From positions 1,392-65,391 of the forward strand of contig JAUXUM010000082.1 of the NCBI GenBank assembly GCA_030680995.1: DNA of 64,000 nt, read 5' to 3'. Positions 1 through 10,536 of the stretch are shown here, piece after piece (the stretch's first letter is position 1; each line of letters starts with the position of its first letter). The notes beneath the pieces are model-generated. The model saw only the letters and a program-made list of their open reading frames with translations. It was not told the origin of the DNA and searched no databases. The position numbers and the translations under genes are program-made. This DNA is from Devosia sp. Its GTDB lineage: Bacteria > Pseudomonadota > Alphaproteobacteria > Rhizobiales > Devosiaceae.

Positions 1-527
1 GGCCCGAATTCGACCGCCATCTGCCGCGTCATCGCCATGACGGCGCCCTTGGCGCCGGCATAGGCGGTCCAGCCGTCCAGCCCGATATGTCCCTGCGCCG
101 ACGCCATGTTCACGATCGAGCCGTGCTTCTGGCGGATCATGTGTGGCAATGCGTATTTGCAGCCGCGGAACACGCTGGTGAGGTTGACCGCGATGAGCCG
201 GTGCCACTGCTCGTCGGTCATTTCGTAGACCGGCATGCCGCCGATGGCGATCGCGGCGTTGTTGACGAGGATGTCGAGCCGGCCGGTCTTGTCCACTGCC
301 GTTGCGATCAGGGCGGCAATATCCCTGTCCTCGGCGACGTCGCAGTGGACGTAGTCGGCCTGGCGGCCGGCACCGCGCAGGTATTCCACGAACGCGGCGC
401 CCTTTGCGTCATTGATGTCGGAGACGAAGACATGCGCGCCCTCGCGGCTCATGGCCTCGCTGATCGCGTGGCCGATGCCGTCGGCTCCGCCGGTGACGAT
501 GGCGATCTTTCCCTCTAGGCGTCCCAT
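1..527 (-). CDS. short-chain dehydrogenase/reductase (SDR); C-terminal end lies beyond the window edge
   Basis: Reverse translation from ATG at 525-527 reads MGRLEGKIAIVTGGADGIG (TGxxxGIG), then NNAA and YAGAKGAV (YxxxK). The frame stays open to position 1. Confidence 0.8.
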   Translation of the reverse strand, partial: MGRLEGKIAIVTGGADGIGHAISEAMSREGAHVFVSDINDAKGAAFVEYLRGAGRQADYVHCDVAEDRDIAALIATAVDKTGRLDILVNNAAIAIGGMPVYEMTDEQWHRLIAVNLTSVFRGCKYALPHMIRQKHGSIVNMASAQGHIGLDGWTAYAGAKGAVMAMTRQMAVEFG

Positions 528-538
528 TTACATAGCTC

Positions 539-1537
539 CTACTTGGCCCGGCGTTTCAGCTCGTCGAAGGCGACTGCCGCAATGATGATGAGGCCGGTGG
601 TCACCAGCTGCCATTCGGTGGCGATGTTCAGCATCCCGAGCCCGTTGGCCAGGAAAGACAGGATGAGCACGCCAAGCGCCACGCCGAACAGACTGCCGAT
701 GCCTCCGGCGAGGCTGACGCCGCCGAGCACCACCGCGGCCACGACCTGGAATTCGAAGCCGAGGCCGGCGACGTGAACGGCCGAGCCGAGCCGCGAGGAC
801 AGCAGGATCCCGGAGATGCCGGCGAGCAGCGAGCAAATGACGAAGGCGATGAACTTGACGCGCTTCACGTCGTAGCCGGCGAGCCGGGCTACTTCGGGGT
901 TGCCGCCGACGGCGTAGAGCTTCCGGCCGAACGGACGGTGCCGCATCAGGTAGATGAAGGCAGAGAGCAGGACGATCGCGACCAAGGCCGGATAGGAGAT
1001 CGCGCCGAACAGCCGGCCATTGCCGATCTGGTAGAAGCTCTCCAGCATCAGATCATCGGGAATGGCCTTCTGGCCGGTGTAGAGATAGACGGCGCCGCGG
1101 ATCACGAACATGCTGCCGAGCGTGACGATCAGCGAGTTGATGCCGATATAGGCGGCAAGGAAGCCATTGACGACGCCGACGCAGAGCGCCAGCAGCAGCG
1201 CGCCGGCGATGCCGAGCTCCAATGAGCCAGTCATGTTCATGATCACCACCAGCGGAATGCCGACGGCGCCGGCGAGAGAACCGATCGAGACATCGATCTC
1301 GCCCGAGATCACCAGCACGCCGACGCCGATGCCGGCAACCATGGCAAGCGAGGCCTGGCCCAGCACGTTGGTGATGTTGCGGGTCGTGAGGAAGCTGTCC
1401 GACGCCAGCGAGAAGAACACGATCAGCGCCACAAGACTGAGCAGCAGCGCGATCTCGTTGCGGCGGAACAGCGCCCGCAGCCACTCGGAAGGGCGCTTCG
1501 GTCCGGCCGCGGCGGAAAGGCTAAGCGATTGCGGCAT
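539..1537 (-). CDS. sugar ABC transporter permease (RbsC/CUT2-type)
   Basis: 332 aa ORF that is multi-pass hydrophobic. It overlaps the upstream ATPase stop, so the two are probably operonic. Confidence 0.8.
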   Translation of the reverse strand: MPQSLSLSAAAGPKRPSEWLRALFRRNEIALLLSLVALIVFFSLASDSFLTTRNITNVLGQASLAMVAGIGVGVLVISGEIDVSIGSLAGAVGIPLVVIMNMTGSLELGIAGALLLALCVGVVNGFLAAYIGINSLIVTLGSMFVIRGAVYLYTGQKAIPDDLMLESFYQIGNGRLFGAISYPALVAIVLLSAFIYLMRHRPFGRKLYAVGGNPEVARLAGYDVKRVKFIAFVICSLLAGISGILLSSRLGSAVHVAGLGFEFQVVAAVVLGGVSLAGGIGSLFGVALGVLILSFLANGLGMLNIATEWQLVTTGLIIIAAVAFDELKRRAK

Positions 1538-3047
1538 TCAGAATCTTCTCCTGGGTGGCATCGTCGCGCGACATGGTCGCGGTGATCCGGCCTTCCGCCA
1601 TCACGGCGATGCGGTCGCTGAGGCCGAGCAGCTCCGGCATCTCGGAGGTCATCATGATCACGGCGAGGCCTTGTGCCGCCAATTGGTCGATGAGCGCGAA
1701 AATCTCCGATTTCGCGCCGACGTCGATGCCGCGCGTCGGCTCGTCGACGACAATAACCTTCAGGCCCCGCATCAGCCAGCGGGCGAGCAGCACCTTCTGC
1801 TGGTTGCCACCCGACAGGTTCTTGATCTGCTGGCCGAGGCCGGGCGTCTTGATCCGGAAGCGGTCAACGAATGCCTGCACCGCGCTCTTTTCGCGCTTCT
1901 CGTCGACAAAGCCGGCGCGCGCGAACTGCTCCAGCGAGGCGAGGCTGGCGTTCTGCAGGACGGGCAGTTCCAGCATCAGGCCCTCGGTCTTGCGATCCTC
2001 GCTGAGAAGACCGATGCCGAGCGACACGCCGGTGCGGGTGTTGTGCGGGCTGAGCGGCTGGCCGGCAATCGTGATCCGGCCCGTCTTTATGGGGTCGTAG
2101 CCGACGATGGCCTTGGCAAGCTCGGTTCGACCGGCGCCCATCAAGCCGAAGAAGCCCAGAACCTCGCCAGCCCGTGCTTCGAAGGACACGTCCTTGAGCT
2201 TGCTGTCGGTCGAAAGCCCTTCGACCTTGACCACAACGTCATCGCGCGCGACGCCGCGCGAGCGCGGGAACAGGTTCTCGATGCGGCGGCCGATCATGTC
2301 CTGGATCAGGCTGTCGTGCGTATGCTCGCCGACCGGCTTCGTCGAGATGCGCCGGCCGTCGCGCAGCACCGTGACGGTGTCGGCGATCTCGAAAATCTCG
2401 TCGAGCTTGTGGCTGACATAGACCACCGCGATGCCCAGGCTGGCGAGGCGGCGGATCACGCCGAACAGCAGCGCCACTTCATTGGGCGTCAGCGACGAGG
2501 TGGGCTCGTCCATGACAACGATGCGGGCCTCGTGGGCGAGAGCGCGCGCGATCTCGACCATCTGCTGCTGGCTGACCGGCAGATCGCCGACCTTTGCCGC
2601 CGGATCGACGTTGAAGCCGATGCGCTCGAACAGCGCGGCGGCGTCCCTTCTGATGGTTTTCCAGCTGATCGAGCCGACGCCGTTGACCGGATACTCCTCG
2701 ATGAAGATGTTCTCGGCCACGGTGAATTCCGAAATCAGCGCGATCTCCTGGAAGACCACCTTGATGCCCTGCCGCAGCGCGTCGCGCGGCGAGCGCAAGT
2801 CCGTTTCGACGCCGCCGATGCGGATGGCGCCCGCATCCTTCTGATAGACACCGGCGAGGATCTTGATCAGCGTCGACTTGCCGGCGCCATTCTCGCCCAT
2901 CAGCGCGTGGACCTTGCCCGGTTCCAGCGTCAGGCCGACGTTCTCGAGCGCGAGAACGCCAGGGAAGCGCTTGCCGATGCCGGTCATTTCCATGGCGGGG
3001 TCGATGGTGGCGACCGCCGGCTCGTCGATTGTCGCGTCAGCGTGCAT
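1521..3047 (-). CDS. sugar ABC transporter ATP-binding protein (duplicated NBD, CUT2)
   Basis: Has GENGAGKST Walker A, LSGGNQQK signature and a second NBD. The start was chosen at MHADAT (3047), which overlaps the upstream permease stop. The ORF track extends to 3083. Confidence 0.85.
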   Translation of the reverse strand: MHADATIDEPAVATIDPAMEMTGIGKRFPGVLALENVGLTLEPGKVHALMGENGAGKSTLIKILAGVYQKDAGAIRIGGVETDLRSPRDALRQGIKVVFQEIALISEFTVAENIFIEEYPVNGVGSISWKTIRRDAAALFERIGFNVDPAAKVGDLPVSQQQMVEIARALAHEARIVVMDEPTSSLTPNEVALLFGVIRRLASLGIAVVYVSHKLDEIFEIADTVTVLRDGRRISTKPVGEHTHDSLIQDMIGRRIENLFPRSRGVARDDVVVKVEGLSTDSKLKDVSFEARAGEVLGFFGLMGAGRTELAKAIVGYDPIKTGRITIAGQPLSPHNTRTGVSLGIGLLSEDRKTEGLMLELPVLQNASLASLEQFARAGFVDEKREKSAVQAFVDRFRIKTPGLGQQIKNLSGGNQQKVLLARWLMRGLKVIVVDEPTRGIDVGAKSEIFALIDQLAAQGLAVIMMTSEMPELLGLSDRIAVMAEGRITATMSRDDATQEKILNAAIA

Positions 3048-4017
3048 CGGCCCGCCTCCGAACCAGATCGAGGTAGGTCGCAAGCACGATGACGACGCCC
3101 GGGACGATCATCTGCAGGTTCTGATCCCAGCGCAGGATGATGATGCCGTTGTCGATGACCTTGAGGATCAGCACGCCGAGCAGCGTGCCGAGCAGCGTGC
3201 CGCGTCCGCCCAGCAGGCTGGTGCCGCCGAGGATGACGGCCGCGATGACGGTGAGTTCGAAGCCGCGGCCGGCCGTGGGTTGTCCGGTGTTCATCAGCGA
3301 GGCAAGGATCAGCCCGGTGAGACCGGCAAGCAGGCCGGTGACGACGAACACCAGAAGCTTCAGTTGCTCGGGCCGCCTGCCGGAGAGGCGCGCCGCCTTG
3401 GCATTGGCACCCACCGCATAGATGTAGCGACCGAGCGTCGTGTACCGCAGCGCCACGTAGGCGCACGCGAAGACGGCGGCGGCGATAATCACGGGAAGCG
3501 GGATCGGGCCCAGATAGCCGGTCGAGATATCGGTGAAGGCCGGCTGCTGGTGCTTATTCTGCACGGCCTCGCGCGTGTAGAGGAATACGCCGCCCTGCAG
3601 GATCATCATGGTGGCGATGGTGGCGATCAGCGAGTTCACCTTGAGCCGGGTAACGACGAGGCCGTTGAACAGGCCGACCAGGCCGCCGAAGAGAATACCC
3701 GCCAGGGCGCCGAGGAAGACGCTTCCGGTCTTGTTGGTCACGTCCATGGCGACACAGCCGGAGAATGCGAGCGAGGCGCCGACCGACAGGTCTACTTCGC
3801 CAGCGATCAGCAGCATGGTCATGCCGGCGCCGACGATCAGCACCAGCGAGCACTGGCGCAGGATCGCGATGACGTTCTCGACCGAGTAGAACTGCGCGGC
3901 GCTGAGTGAGATGCCGATACAGAGGACGACCAGAAGGGCGAGGAGCACGATCTGGCTGTTGTTGGCGAGCCTGCCGGCGACGGGACCACTCTTGGCCGGT
4001 TGGGTGATTTCGCTCAT
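3037..4017 (-). CDS. sugar ABC transporter permease (CUT2)
   Basis: 326 aa hydrophobic ORF, paralogous in pattern to 539-1537. Confidence 0.8.
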   Translation of the reverse strand: MSEITQPAKSGPVAGRLANNSQIVLLALLVVLCIGISLSAAQFYSVENVIAILRQCSLVLIVGAGMTMLLIAGEVDLSVGASLAFSGCVAMDVTNKTGSVFLGALAGILFGGLVGLFNGLVVTRLKVNSLIATIATMMILQGGVFLYTREAVQNKHQQPAFTDISTGYLGPIPLPVIIAAAVFACAYVALRYTTLGRYIYAVGANAKAARLSGRRPEQLKLLVFVVTGLLAGLTGLILASLMNTGQPTAGRGFELTVIAAVILGGTSLLGGRGTLLGTLLGVLILKVIDNGIIILRWDQNLQMIVPGVVIVLATYLDLVRRRADAR

Positions 4018-4090
4018 GGGACGCCGCTCGAAGAAGTAACGGAGGCCGGGACGCCCGAGGGCGTTCCGGCTTGGTTCTGGGAGGCTGAAC

Positions 4091-5134
4091 CTAGAGATCG
4101 GCCGCGGTCTTCATGCACTGCTCGGCCGGCTGGACGGCGTTGACGGCATCCCAGTTGATGGTGCGCGTTGTGCCGTCCACCGAGTAGTATTGCTTCCATC
4201 CGTCGGAGCCGATCATCGGGGTGGTCGGCGACACGATGTGCTGGGGCACTTCCTCGTCGTTGAACAGCTTGACCGCCGCGTCGATGGCGGTGAAGCCGAC
4301 CTTCTCGGGGAACATCGCGGCTTCGATCTGATAGGAGGGCTCGGTGTTCATCATGTTGATGAAGCCCAGGCCCTCGCCGCCGGTACCGACCACGAGCAGG
4401 CCGTCCTGCGACCGGCCGCTGGCCTTCCAGGCCTGCAGACCGCCCTGCGACGACGAGTCGTTGATGCCGTAGATGATGTTGATGTCGCTGTTCTGGGCGA
4501 GCGCCGCGGCCGAGATTTCGAGCGCGCGGTCCGGGTTGCCGCCGCCATCGAGGTCGTGGACCATCGTGGCGTCGGGAATCTCGGTCTTCAGCCCGTCCAT
4601 GAAGCCGTTCGAACGGAGCACCGTGGCCGAGAGCAGCGGCAGGCCGACATTCATCACCTTGGCGACGCCGCCGAGATGCCCCTTGGCATATTTGCCCGCC
4701 TCGACGCCGGCGTGATAGCCCGTGTCGTAGTCGCAGATCGCGACCATGGTGGTCATGCCCTTGACGGGGTTGCCCTCGAGCACGAGCGGCAGGCCTTCTT
4801 CCTTGGCGCGGCGGACCAGCGGCACGACGCCCTCTTCATTCACCGGCGTGATGATGAGCACGTCGACGCCCCGGGACATGAAGTCCTCGGCGGCCGACAC
4901 TTGTTTGTTTACGTCGAGGTTGGCATCGCGCACCTCAAGCTCGATGCCGAGCTGCTGGGCGCGATCCTGCATGCCCTTGATGACGTTCTGGTACCACTCG
5001 TGCGTGGCATAGTTGGTCACGTAGCCGATCTTCTTGGGCATTTCGGCGGCTATCGCCGACGCCGACATGACCGCGACCGCGGCTGACGTTGCGAGCAAGG
5101 TGGCTAAGAATTTGGTCACTGTGATCCTCCCCAT
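4091..5134 (-). CDS. periplasmic sugar-binding protein (CUT2 ABC)
   Basis: Signal-peptide-like N-terminus MGRITVTKFLATLLATSAAVAVMSASAIA. It is the first gene of the transporter operon. Confidence 0.8.
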   Translation of the reverse strand: MGRITVTKFLATLLATSAAVAVMSASAIAAEMPKKIGYVTNYATHEWYQNVIKGMQDRAQQLGIELEVRDANLDVNKQVSAAEDFMSRGVDVLIITPVNEEGVVPLVRRAKEEGLPLVLEGNPVKGMTTMVAICDYDTGYHAGVEAGKYAKGHLGGVAKVMNVGLPLLSATVLRSNGFMDGLKTEIPDATMVHDLDGGGNPDRALEISAAALAQNSDINIIYGINDSSSQGGLQAWKASGRSQDGLLVVGTGGEGLGFINMMNTEPSYQIEAAMFPEKVGFTAIDAAVKLFNDEEVPQHIVSPTTPMIGSDGWKQYYSVDGTTRTINWDAVNAVQPAEQCMKTAADL

Positions 5135-5233
5135 TTCGGACTTGTTGCAGCCCGGCCTGCGTGGAAGCGCGCGCCTCGCGCTCGACTTCCCGAAGGCCAT
5201 CGCCGTCTACCGGCCATTGACCGGACTTGGATG

Positions 5234-5245
5234 CTAATATATTAG
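5234..5245. promoter_or_regulatory. perfect 12-bp palindrome CTAATATATTAG in a divergent promoter region (candidate GntR operator)
   Basis: Read directly from the sequence. It lies between the SBP start (5134, minus strand) and the GntR start (5287, plus strand). Confidence 0.3.
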
Positions 5246-5286
5246 TGTGCATGACTTGTCCAGCGCTCGAGGCGCGGCTGCTACGA

Positions 5287-5970
5287 ATGTTTGATAACTC
5301 GCCACCGCCGACGCTGAGGCCACGCTCGACCGCTCAGAACGTCTACGAGCTGTTGCGCGGTGACATCGTGCTGGGTGTGTTGCAGCCGCTGCAGGCGATC
5401 CGCGAGAGCGAGATCGCCGAGCGCCTGGGCGTGTCGCGCACCCCCGTCCGCGAGGCCCTCCTGCGGCTCGCCAACCTGGGGCTGGTGGACATCTATCCGC
5501 AGAGCGGCACCCGCGTGTCGCCGAGCCGGCTCGAGAAGGTCCGCGCCGCCCAGTTGATTCGCGAAGCCGTGGAAGTCGAGGTCGCGCGCCGCGCCTGTGG
5601 CTGCATTACCGACCGCCAGATCGCCGGGCTCCGTCATCTGATCGAGGATCAGAGCGTCGCCGCGCGGCGCAACGACACGCGGCGGCTGTTCGAGCTCGAC
5701 GAGGAGTTCCATCGCGCCATCTATGCTGCCGCCGGGCTCCTCGCCGTCGCCGACGAGCTGGAGGATGTGAAGGTTCACCTCAACCGGCTGCGCTACGTCT
5801 CGGTCAATTGGCCTCGCGGCGGCGAAAAGATCACCGGCGAGCACGAGGCGATCCTTGCGGCCCTGCAATCGCGCGACGAAGACAAAGCCGCCGCCGCCAT
5901 GACCGTCCACCTGCGCGCGGTGCTGCCGGTGCTCGACCGCATGGCCCAAGGCGGCACACCGCCCGCCTAG
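5287..5970 (+). CDS. GntR-family transcriptional regulator (FadR/FCD type)
   Basis: N-terminal winged helix ([28 protein letters not shown]) followed by a helical FCD-like C-terminus. Start chosen at MFDNS. Confidence 0.8.
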   Translation: MFDNSPPPTLRPRSTAQNVYELLRGDIVLGVLQPLQAIRESEIAERLGVSRTPVREALLRLANLGLVDIYPQSGTRVSPSRLEKVRAAQLIREAVEVEVARRACGCITDRQIAGLRHLIEDQSVAARRNDTRRLFELDEEFHRAIYAAAGLLAVADELEDVKVHLNRLRYVSVNWPRGGEKITGEHEAILAALQSRDEDKAAAAMTVHLRAVLPVLDRMAQGGTPPA

Positions 5971-6019
5971 CACCCCGCTTCGCCGCCGTCTGCGGCCTGA
6001 TATTCCTGGGAGTTCCGCA

Positions 6020-7249
6020 TTGAAGATTGTCGATATCCGCGCGACCACCGTCGCAATGCCCCTCGAGGCGCCGCTACGCCATGCCGGCGGCGCCCATTGG
6101 GGCCGCTTCATCCGCACCGTCGTCGAGCTGGTCACCGACGAGGGCATCGTGGGCCTCGGCGAACTCGGCGGCGGCGGCGAGTCGGCGGAAGCGGCGGTGC
6201 GCGGGCTCTTGCCCTATCTCAAGGGGCACGACCCGCTGCAGCTTGAGCAGCTGCGCTGGAAGATCATGAATCCCACCGCCTCGCTCTACAACAACCGGCT
6301 GCAAATCCATGCCGCGATCGAGATGGCCTGCCTCGACGCGGCGGGCAAGAAGCTCGGCATCCGCGCCTGCGACCTGCTCGGCGGGGCCGTGCGCGAGCGC
6401 GTGCCCTTCGCCAGCTACATCTTCTATCGTTTGCCCGACGAGAAGACCGTCCGCGGCGGCGAAACCTCGCCCGATGAGATCGTCGCCCACGCCCGCGACC
6501 TCGTGGCGCGCCATGGCTTCAAGACCCACAAGCTGAAGGGCGGTGTCTTCCACCCCGACCACGACGTCGAAGTGATGCGCGCGCTCGGCGCGGCCTTCCC
6601 CAATGACGGCCTGCGGCTCGATCCCAATGCCGCCTGGTCGGTCGAGCAGGCGATCCGCGTCGGCCAGGCCATCGAGGGCCTGAAGAACGACTATTTCGAG
6701 GATCCGACCTGGGGCCTAGAAGGCATGCGCCGATTGCGCCAGTTCGTGCGCATCCCCACCGCGACCAACACAGTGGTGGTGAATTTCGAGCAGCTCGCGG
6801 CCAATATCCGCCTCGAGGCGATCGACGTCGTGCTCCTCGACACCACCTTCTGGGGCGGCCTGCGCCAAGCCTACAAGGCCGGCCTCGTGCTCGAAACCTT
6901 CCAGTACGGCGCCTCGGTGCATTCCTCGGGCGAGCTCGGCATCCAGCTCGCCTCGATGCTGCATCTGGGCGCGGCGCTGCCCAACCTGAGCTTCGCGGCG
7001 GACGCGCACTACCACCACCTCATCGACGACGTCATCAAGGGCGGCCCGATGCGCTATGTCGATGGCGAGATCGCCGTGCCCAGCGGGTCCGGGCTAGGTG
7101 TCGAACTCGACCGGGACAAGCTCGCGAAATATGCCGAATACTATCGCGAGGTCGGCGGCTATACCTACGACCGCGACCCGACCCGGCCGGATTGGTACGC
7201 GATGCTGCCGGAACAGCGCTGGGCCGATCCCGGCCAGGTCTATCTCTGA
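6020..7249 (+). CDS. enolase-superfamily enzyme (mandelate racemase/muconate lactonizing family; glucarate-dehydratase-like)
   Basis: 409 aa with the MR/MLE N-terminal pattern ([22 protein letters not shown]..) and a barrel domain. TTG start as given in the track. Confidence 0.7.
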   Translation: MKIVDIRATTVAMPLEAPLRHAGGAHWGRFIRTVVELVTDEGIVGLGELGGGGESAEAAVRGLLPYLKGHDPLQLEQLRWKIMNPTASLYNNRLQIHAAIEMACLDAAGKKLGIRACDLLGGAVRERVPFASYIFYRLPDEKTVRGGETSPDEIVAHARDLVARHGFKTHKLKGGVFHPDHDVEVMRALGAAFPNDGLRLDPNAAWSVEQAIRVGQAIEGLKNDYFEDPTWGLEGMRRLRQFVRIPTATNTVVVNFEQLAANIRLEAIDVVLLDTTFWGGLRQAYKAGLVLETFQYGASVHSSGELGIQLASMLHLGAALPNLSFAADAHYHHLIDDVIKGGPMRYVDGEIAVPSGSGLGVELDRDKLAKYAEYYREVGGYTYDRDPTRPDWYAMLPEQRWADPGQVYL

Positions 7250-7252
7250 GGG

Positions 7253-7930
7253 CTACATCACCCCGAAGGTGTCGAAGGCCTCGCGCGTGCTCATGCCGTT
7301 GCGGATCGCGACGGCAACCTTGTTCTCGGTGCGCACCTTCTCGATGGCCCGGGTCACGGCTTCCTGTTCGACCGCGCGCGGAATGACGAGCACGCCTTCG
7401 CGGTCACCGAACAGCAGGTCGCCGGGCTCGATCCGGATACCCTCGATTTCGATCGGGCAGCGATAGTCCATGACTTTGCCGCGCGGCCCCTGATCCTGGG
7501 CGTAGGTGCCCCGGCCGAACACGGTGAAGCCCAGCGCCTCGATCTCGTTACTGTCGCGCACGAAGCCGTCGAGCACGGCGCCGGCCGCTTTGAGGTGGAT
7601 GGCGCGCGTCGACATCAGCCCGCCCCACAGCGCGTAGCGCAGTGATGAACCGGTGGCGACATAGACCTCGCCTTCCTTGAGGTCGTCGAGCGCCTCAAGC
7701 AAAAGTCCGAACGGCTTGCCGGCCAATGGACCGACGGAGTCGTTGCTGGCGGAAAACACGTCGGCTTCCAGCACCGGCATGGCGCGGCCGACAACTCGCA
7801 TCTGCGTGGTGAGCGGCATGATGCCGGGCGGCAGGAACTGATGCTGGAAGCCGAGACCATCGAGCACATCGCCCACGACAGCGGTGAACAGTTCACCTCT
7901 GATGAGCGCGAAAAGATCGGTGTCGTTCAT
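7253..7930 (-). CDS. RraA-family protein (HMG/CHA-aldolase-like)
   Basis: 225 aa with TAVVGDVLDGLG..MRVVGRAMPV and the GDLLFGDREGVLVIP pattern typical of the RraA/aldolase fold. Confidence 0.65.
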   Translation of the reverse strand: MNDTDLFALIRGELFTAVVGDVLDGLGFQHQFLPPGIMPLTTQMRVVGRAMPVLEADVFSASNDSVGPLAGKPFGLLLEALDDLKEGEVYVATGSSLRYALWGGLMSTRAIHLKAAGAVLDGFVRDSNEIEALGFTVFGRGTYAQDQGPRGKVMDYRCPIEIEGIRIEPGDLLFGDREGVLVIPRAVEQEAVTRAIEKVRTENKVAVAIRNGMSTREAFDTFGVM

Positions 7931-9684
7931 GCCATCGCCTCTACGATGCGGCGGGTGCCTTCGGCGTCCCGCGCGAGGATTTCGTCGAGCAGCGCACCAC
8001 GCTCCCTGGCGCCGACGAACTCCAGCCGCCGCAGCCCGAGAGGATCGATGACGTCGCGAAGGGTGCCGAGCGTCGCCGCGTCAGGCACCTCCATCTCGCG
8101 GCAATCCTCGGCGAAGAGCACCGTGAATCCGGTCTCGGCGATAACCGCGTCGCGCGTTACCCCGGGCATGGTCTCGACCACCACGAGCTGCCCGGCGCGC
8201 TCGTCGTACCTGAAGACGCAGAGATTCGTGACCAGCCACACATCACCTGGCTGATAACCTGCGCGCTGCCGCTCTTCGGCGAAGATCAGCCCCCGGCCAG
8301 AGCTCACCACCGCGACAGTTTTGACCAGCGTCGCCGGGCTGTGGCGCGGGACGTAGACCACGTAGTTCTTGTGCATGTTGGCAACATCCGACATACCCCC
8401 CTGCCCCGGCAGCCGCAGCAGGCCGCCCGACGGCTTGGAGAGTTCGAGATTGTTGGTCCGGCCACGCGCGTCGATCTGCGCGGCGCCGATAATCTCGTGG
8501 GTGACCAGCCCGGCCTGATAGAAGGTCGAGTAGGTGTCGTCACCGCCGCAATGCGCAACGGCCGAGCCCGCATCCATGGCTTCCAGGAGGCTGAGCGTCA
8601 TGGTGCCGGCTGCCACATCCACATGGCCGCAGCTGAACGTGCTGATCAACAGGCGCGGCGCGTGGGTTGCCTTGGCCAGCCGGTAGGCGACATTGCCGAG
8701 CGGCGACACCGCGCCGGCGCTGGCGAAGGACTCGTTGTCGAGCATGTGCGCGATGCGGACGGCCATCACCTCGTCAATCGTCGCGTCCCCTGCCGGGGCC
8801 GTCGACCGGAACGGAGCGGAAATCACCGCCGCGTCGGGAACCCTCGCCGCCTTGCGGAGGACCGGCGACGGCCGATCTGGCGGTCGCTGCAGCGATTCGG
8901 CGAGCGGCCCGTGCTGCCCCTCCAGTATCTCGCGGATGCGGATGTAGTCGGTGGCATAGTGGGGCAGGCACGAAGTGGGATAGGCGCCGCCCGGGACCTC
9001 CGCGATTGCCGTCACCAGATTTCGGGTGAGGATCGTCTGCCGGCCATTGCGCTGCAGCGTCCCTGACGGCACAATTTCCTCGACGGTCACCAGCACCTGC
9101 CGCGCCGCGCCCGCCAGCGCCAGATCGAGCGCCCGCGCCCCATGGATTTCGACATTGCCGTTGGCATCGGCGCGAGATGCATGCAGCAGCAACGTGTCGA
9201 TGGTCTGTGCTTCCACCAGGCCGATCAGCCGGCCGGTCCGCTCGTCGCGATGAAACCTGAGGGCGGGGCAGCGCTCGGCCATGGTCGAGCCGGCGGGCAA
9301 CTGCACCGGCATGAAGGGCAGATTTTGCTGCGCGGCGCGCAACCCCTGGATCATGCTCAGCGCCGGCCAGTCGACGATCGGCAACCCGCGAGTCTCGGCC
9401 GCCTCGCGGAATCGCGGGGCAAGGCCGAAGATGTCGAGACTGGAAAAACAGATATCGATGCTGCTGATGGCGCCGGCCTCCAGAAGCAGTTCGAGCGGCA
9501 GTCCACCCGCCCAGGCGAAATAGTTGAGCCCAGAGACGCCGCGGGCGGCGATCTCCCGCAGCAGCGCGATCGGCAGCCGCGCGAAATGATGCCCCCCGAC
9601 GGACAATCGCGTGCCGTTGCCGACGCGGCGCGCCAGCGCGTCGAGCGATTCCACTTCGGGTCGATTGGATTTCGCCAGCGACAT
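7927..9684 (-). CDS. family I CoA-transferase, fused A+B subunits (glutaconate/3-oxoacid CoA-transferase-like)
   Basis: About 585 aa from MSLAKSN. The N-terminal half resembles subunit A and the C-terminal half resembles subunit B. ATGA-type overlap with the RraA-like gene. Confidence 0.6.
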   Translation of the reverse strand: MSLAKSNRPEVESLDALARRVGNGTRLSVGGHHFARLPIALLREIAARGVSGLNYFAWAGGLPLELLLEAGAISSIDICFSSLDIFGLAPRFREAAETRGLPIVDWPALSMIQGLRAAQQNLPFMPVQLPAGSTMAERCPALRFHRDERTGRLIGLVEAQTIDTLLLHASRADANGNVEIHGARALDLALAGAARQVLVTVEEIVPSGTLQRNGRQTILTRNLVTAIAEVPGGAYPTSCLPHYATDYIRIREILEGQHGPLAESLQRPPDRPSPVLRKAARVPDAAVISAPFRSTAPAGDATIDEVMAVRIAHMLDNESFASAGAVSPLGNVAYRLAKATHAPRLLISTFSCGHVDVAAGTMTLSLLEAMDAGSAVAHCGGDDTYSTFYQAGLVTHEIIGAAQIDARGRTNNLELSKPSGGLLRLPGQGGMSDVANMHKNYVVYVPRHSPATLVKTVAVVSSGRGLIFAEERQRAGYQPGDVWLVTNLCVFRYDERAGQLVVVETMPGVTRDAVIAETGFTVLFAEDCREMEVPDAATLGTLRDVIDPLGLRRLEFVGARERGALLDEILARDAEGTRRIVEAMA

Positions 9685-9686
9685 GA

Positions 9687-10535
9687 TCACGCCTTCTTCC
9701 GGCCGGCGGCATCGGCAATCGGTGCGCGCGTTCCCGCACCCAGATCGGTGGAGATTGCCCGGCTTGCCTCGATGGCGAGGCCACAAACCACTTCGAGGGA
9801 GACGTTGGCCGCGCGCTGCGGCATGTAGGGTACGGTGAGCGCCGCCACGACATGGCCGAGATAGTCGAAGACCGGCACCGAGATATTGGTGACGCCATCG
9901 ACCGCGAGCGATTTCTTCACTTCGCAGCCCTCGGCGATGATCGCCCGCGCCCTTGCGGCGACCGCTTCGAGCTCGCTGGCCGGCCGGCCGTCCTGCCGCA
10001 GCCAGGCATCCAACTGCTCGCGCACTCCCTGCGAGGAGTAGGCGTAGATCACGACGCCGGAACTGGTTTCCGCGAAGTCGAACTTGGCGCCCAGCATGAC
10101 CGAGTAGCGCATGGGCAGCGGGGAATCGATCTGCAGCACGATCAGTGCCTCGTGCCCGCTCAGCACGGCAAGATGACAGGATTGCTGCGCGGCGGGCGCA
10201 AGCGCCTGCATGACCGGCAGCGCCGAATCCGTCAGCTGGCGTACCGAGGGGGTCTGGTGGGCGAGCTCGAAGAGCTTGAGCGACAGCCGGTAGCGGTCGG
10301 AACCGGCTCGGCGGTACAGGTAGCCGCGCGCCTCGAGCACGAGGATCACCCGGTAGAGCTCATGGACCGACCGGCCCAGTGCGCCCGCAATTTCGGTCAG
10401 GGTCAGGCCGTCCGGCTGGCCGGCCATGAATTCGAGGATGTCCAGGGCCTTTTCGGCGGCCGGAACGGAGTAGCTGCGCTTGCCGGCGCTCGCACCCTCG
10501 GTGTCCTCGACCTCGCCTGCTTCCGAAGTCGCCAT
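9687..10535 (-). CDS. IclR-family transcriptional regulator
   Basis: The segment ALDILEFMAGQPDGLTLTEIAGALGRSVHELYRVILVLEARGYL is a typical IclR HTH, followed by an effector domain. Confidence 0.85.
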   Translation of the reverse strand: MATSEAGEVEDTEGASAGKRSYSVPAAEKALDILEFMAGQPDGLTLTEIAGALGRSVHELYRVILVLEARGYLYRRAGSDRYRLSLKLFELAHQTPSVRQLTDSALPVMQALAPAAQQSCHLAVLSGHEALIVLQIDSPLPMRYSVMLGAKFDFAETSSGVVIYAYSSQGVREQLDAWLRQDGRPASELEAVAARARAIIAEGCEVKKSLAVDGVTNISVPVFDYLGHVVAALTVPYMPQRAANVSLEVVCGLAIEASRAISTDLGAGTRAPIADAAGRKKA

Positions 10536-10536
10536 G

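Noticed and set aside
1167-3092. 641-aa ORF on the plus strand. The same kind of long ORF occurs at 14269-16395 (minus), 16633-18117 (minus), 57657-58955 (plus), 28846-30069 (plus) and 37286-38908 (plus).
   Set aside because: These are antisense shadow ORFs typical of high-GC DNA. Their composition is Arg/Ala/Gly/Asp-rich and low in complexity, with no motifs. Each lies opposite a gene with clear family signatures.
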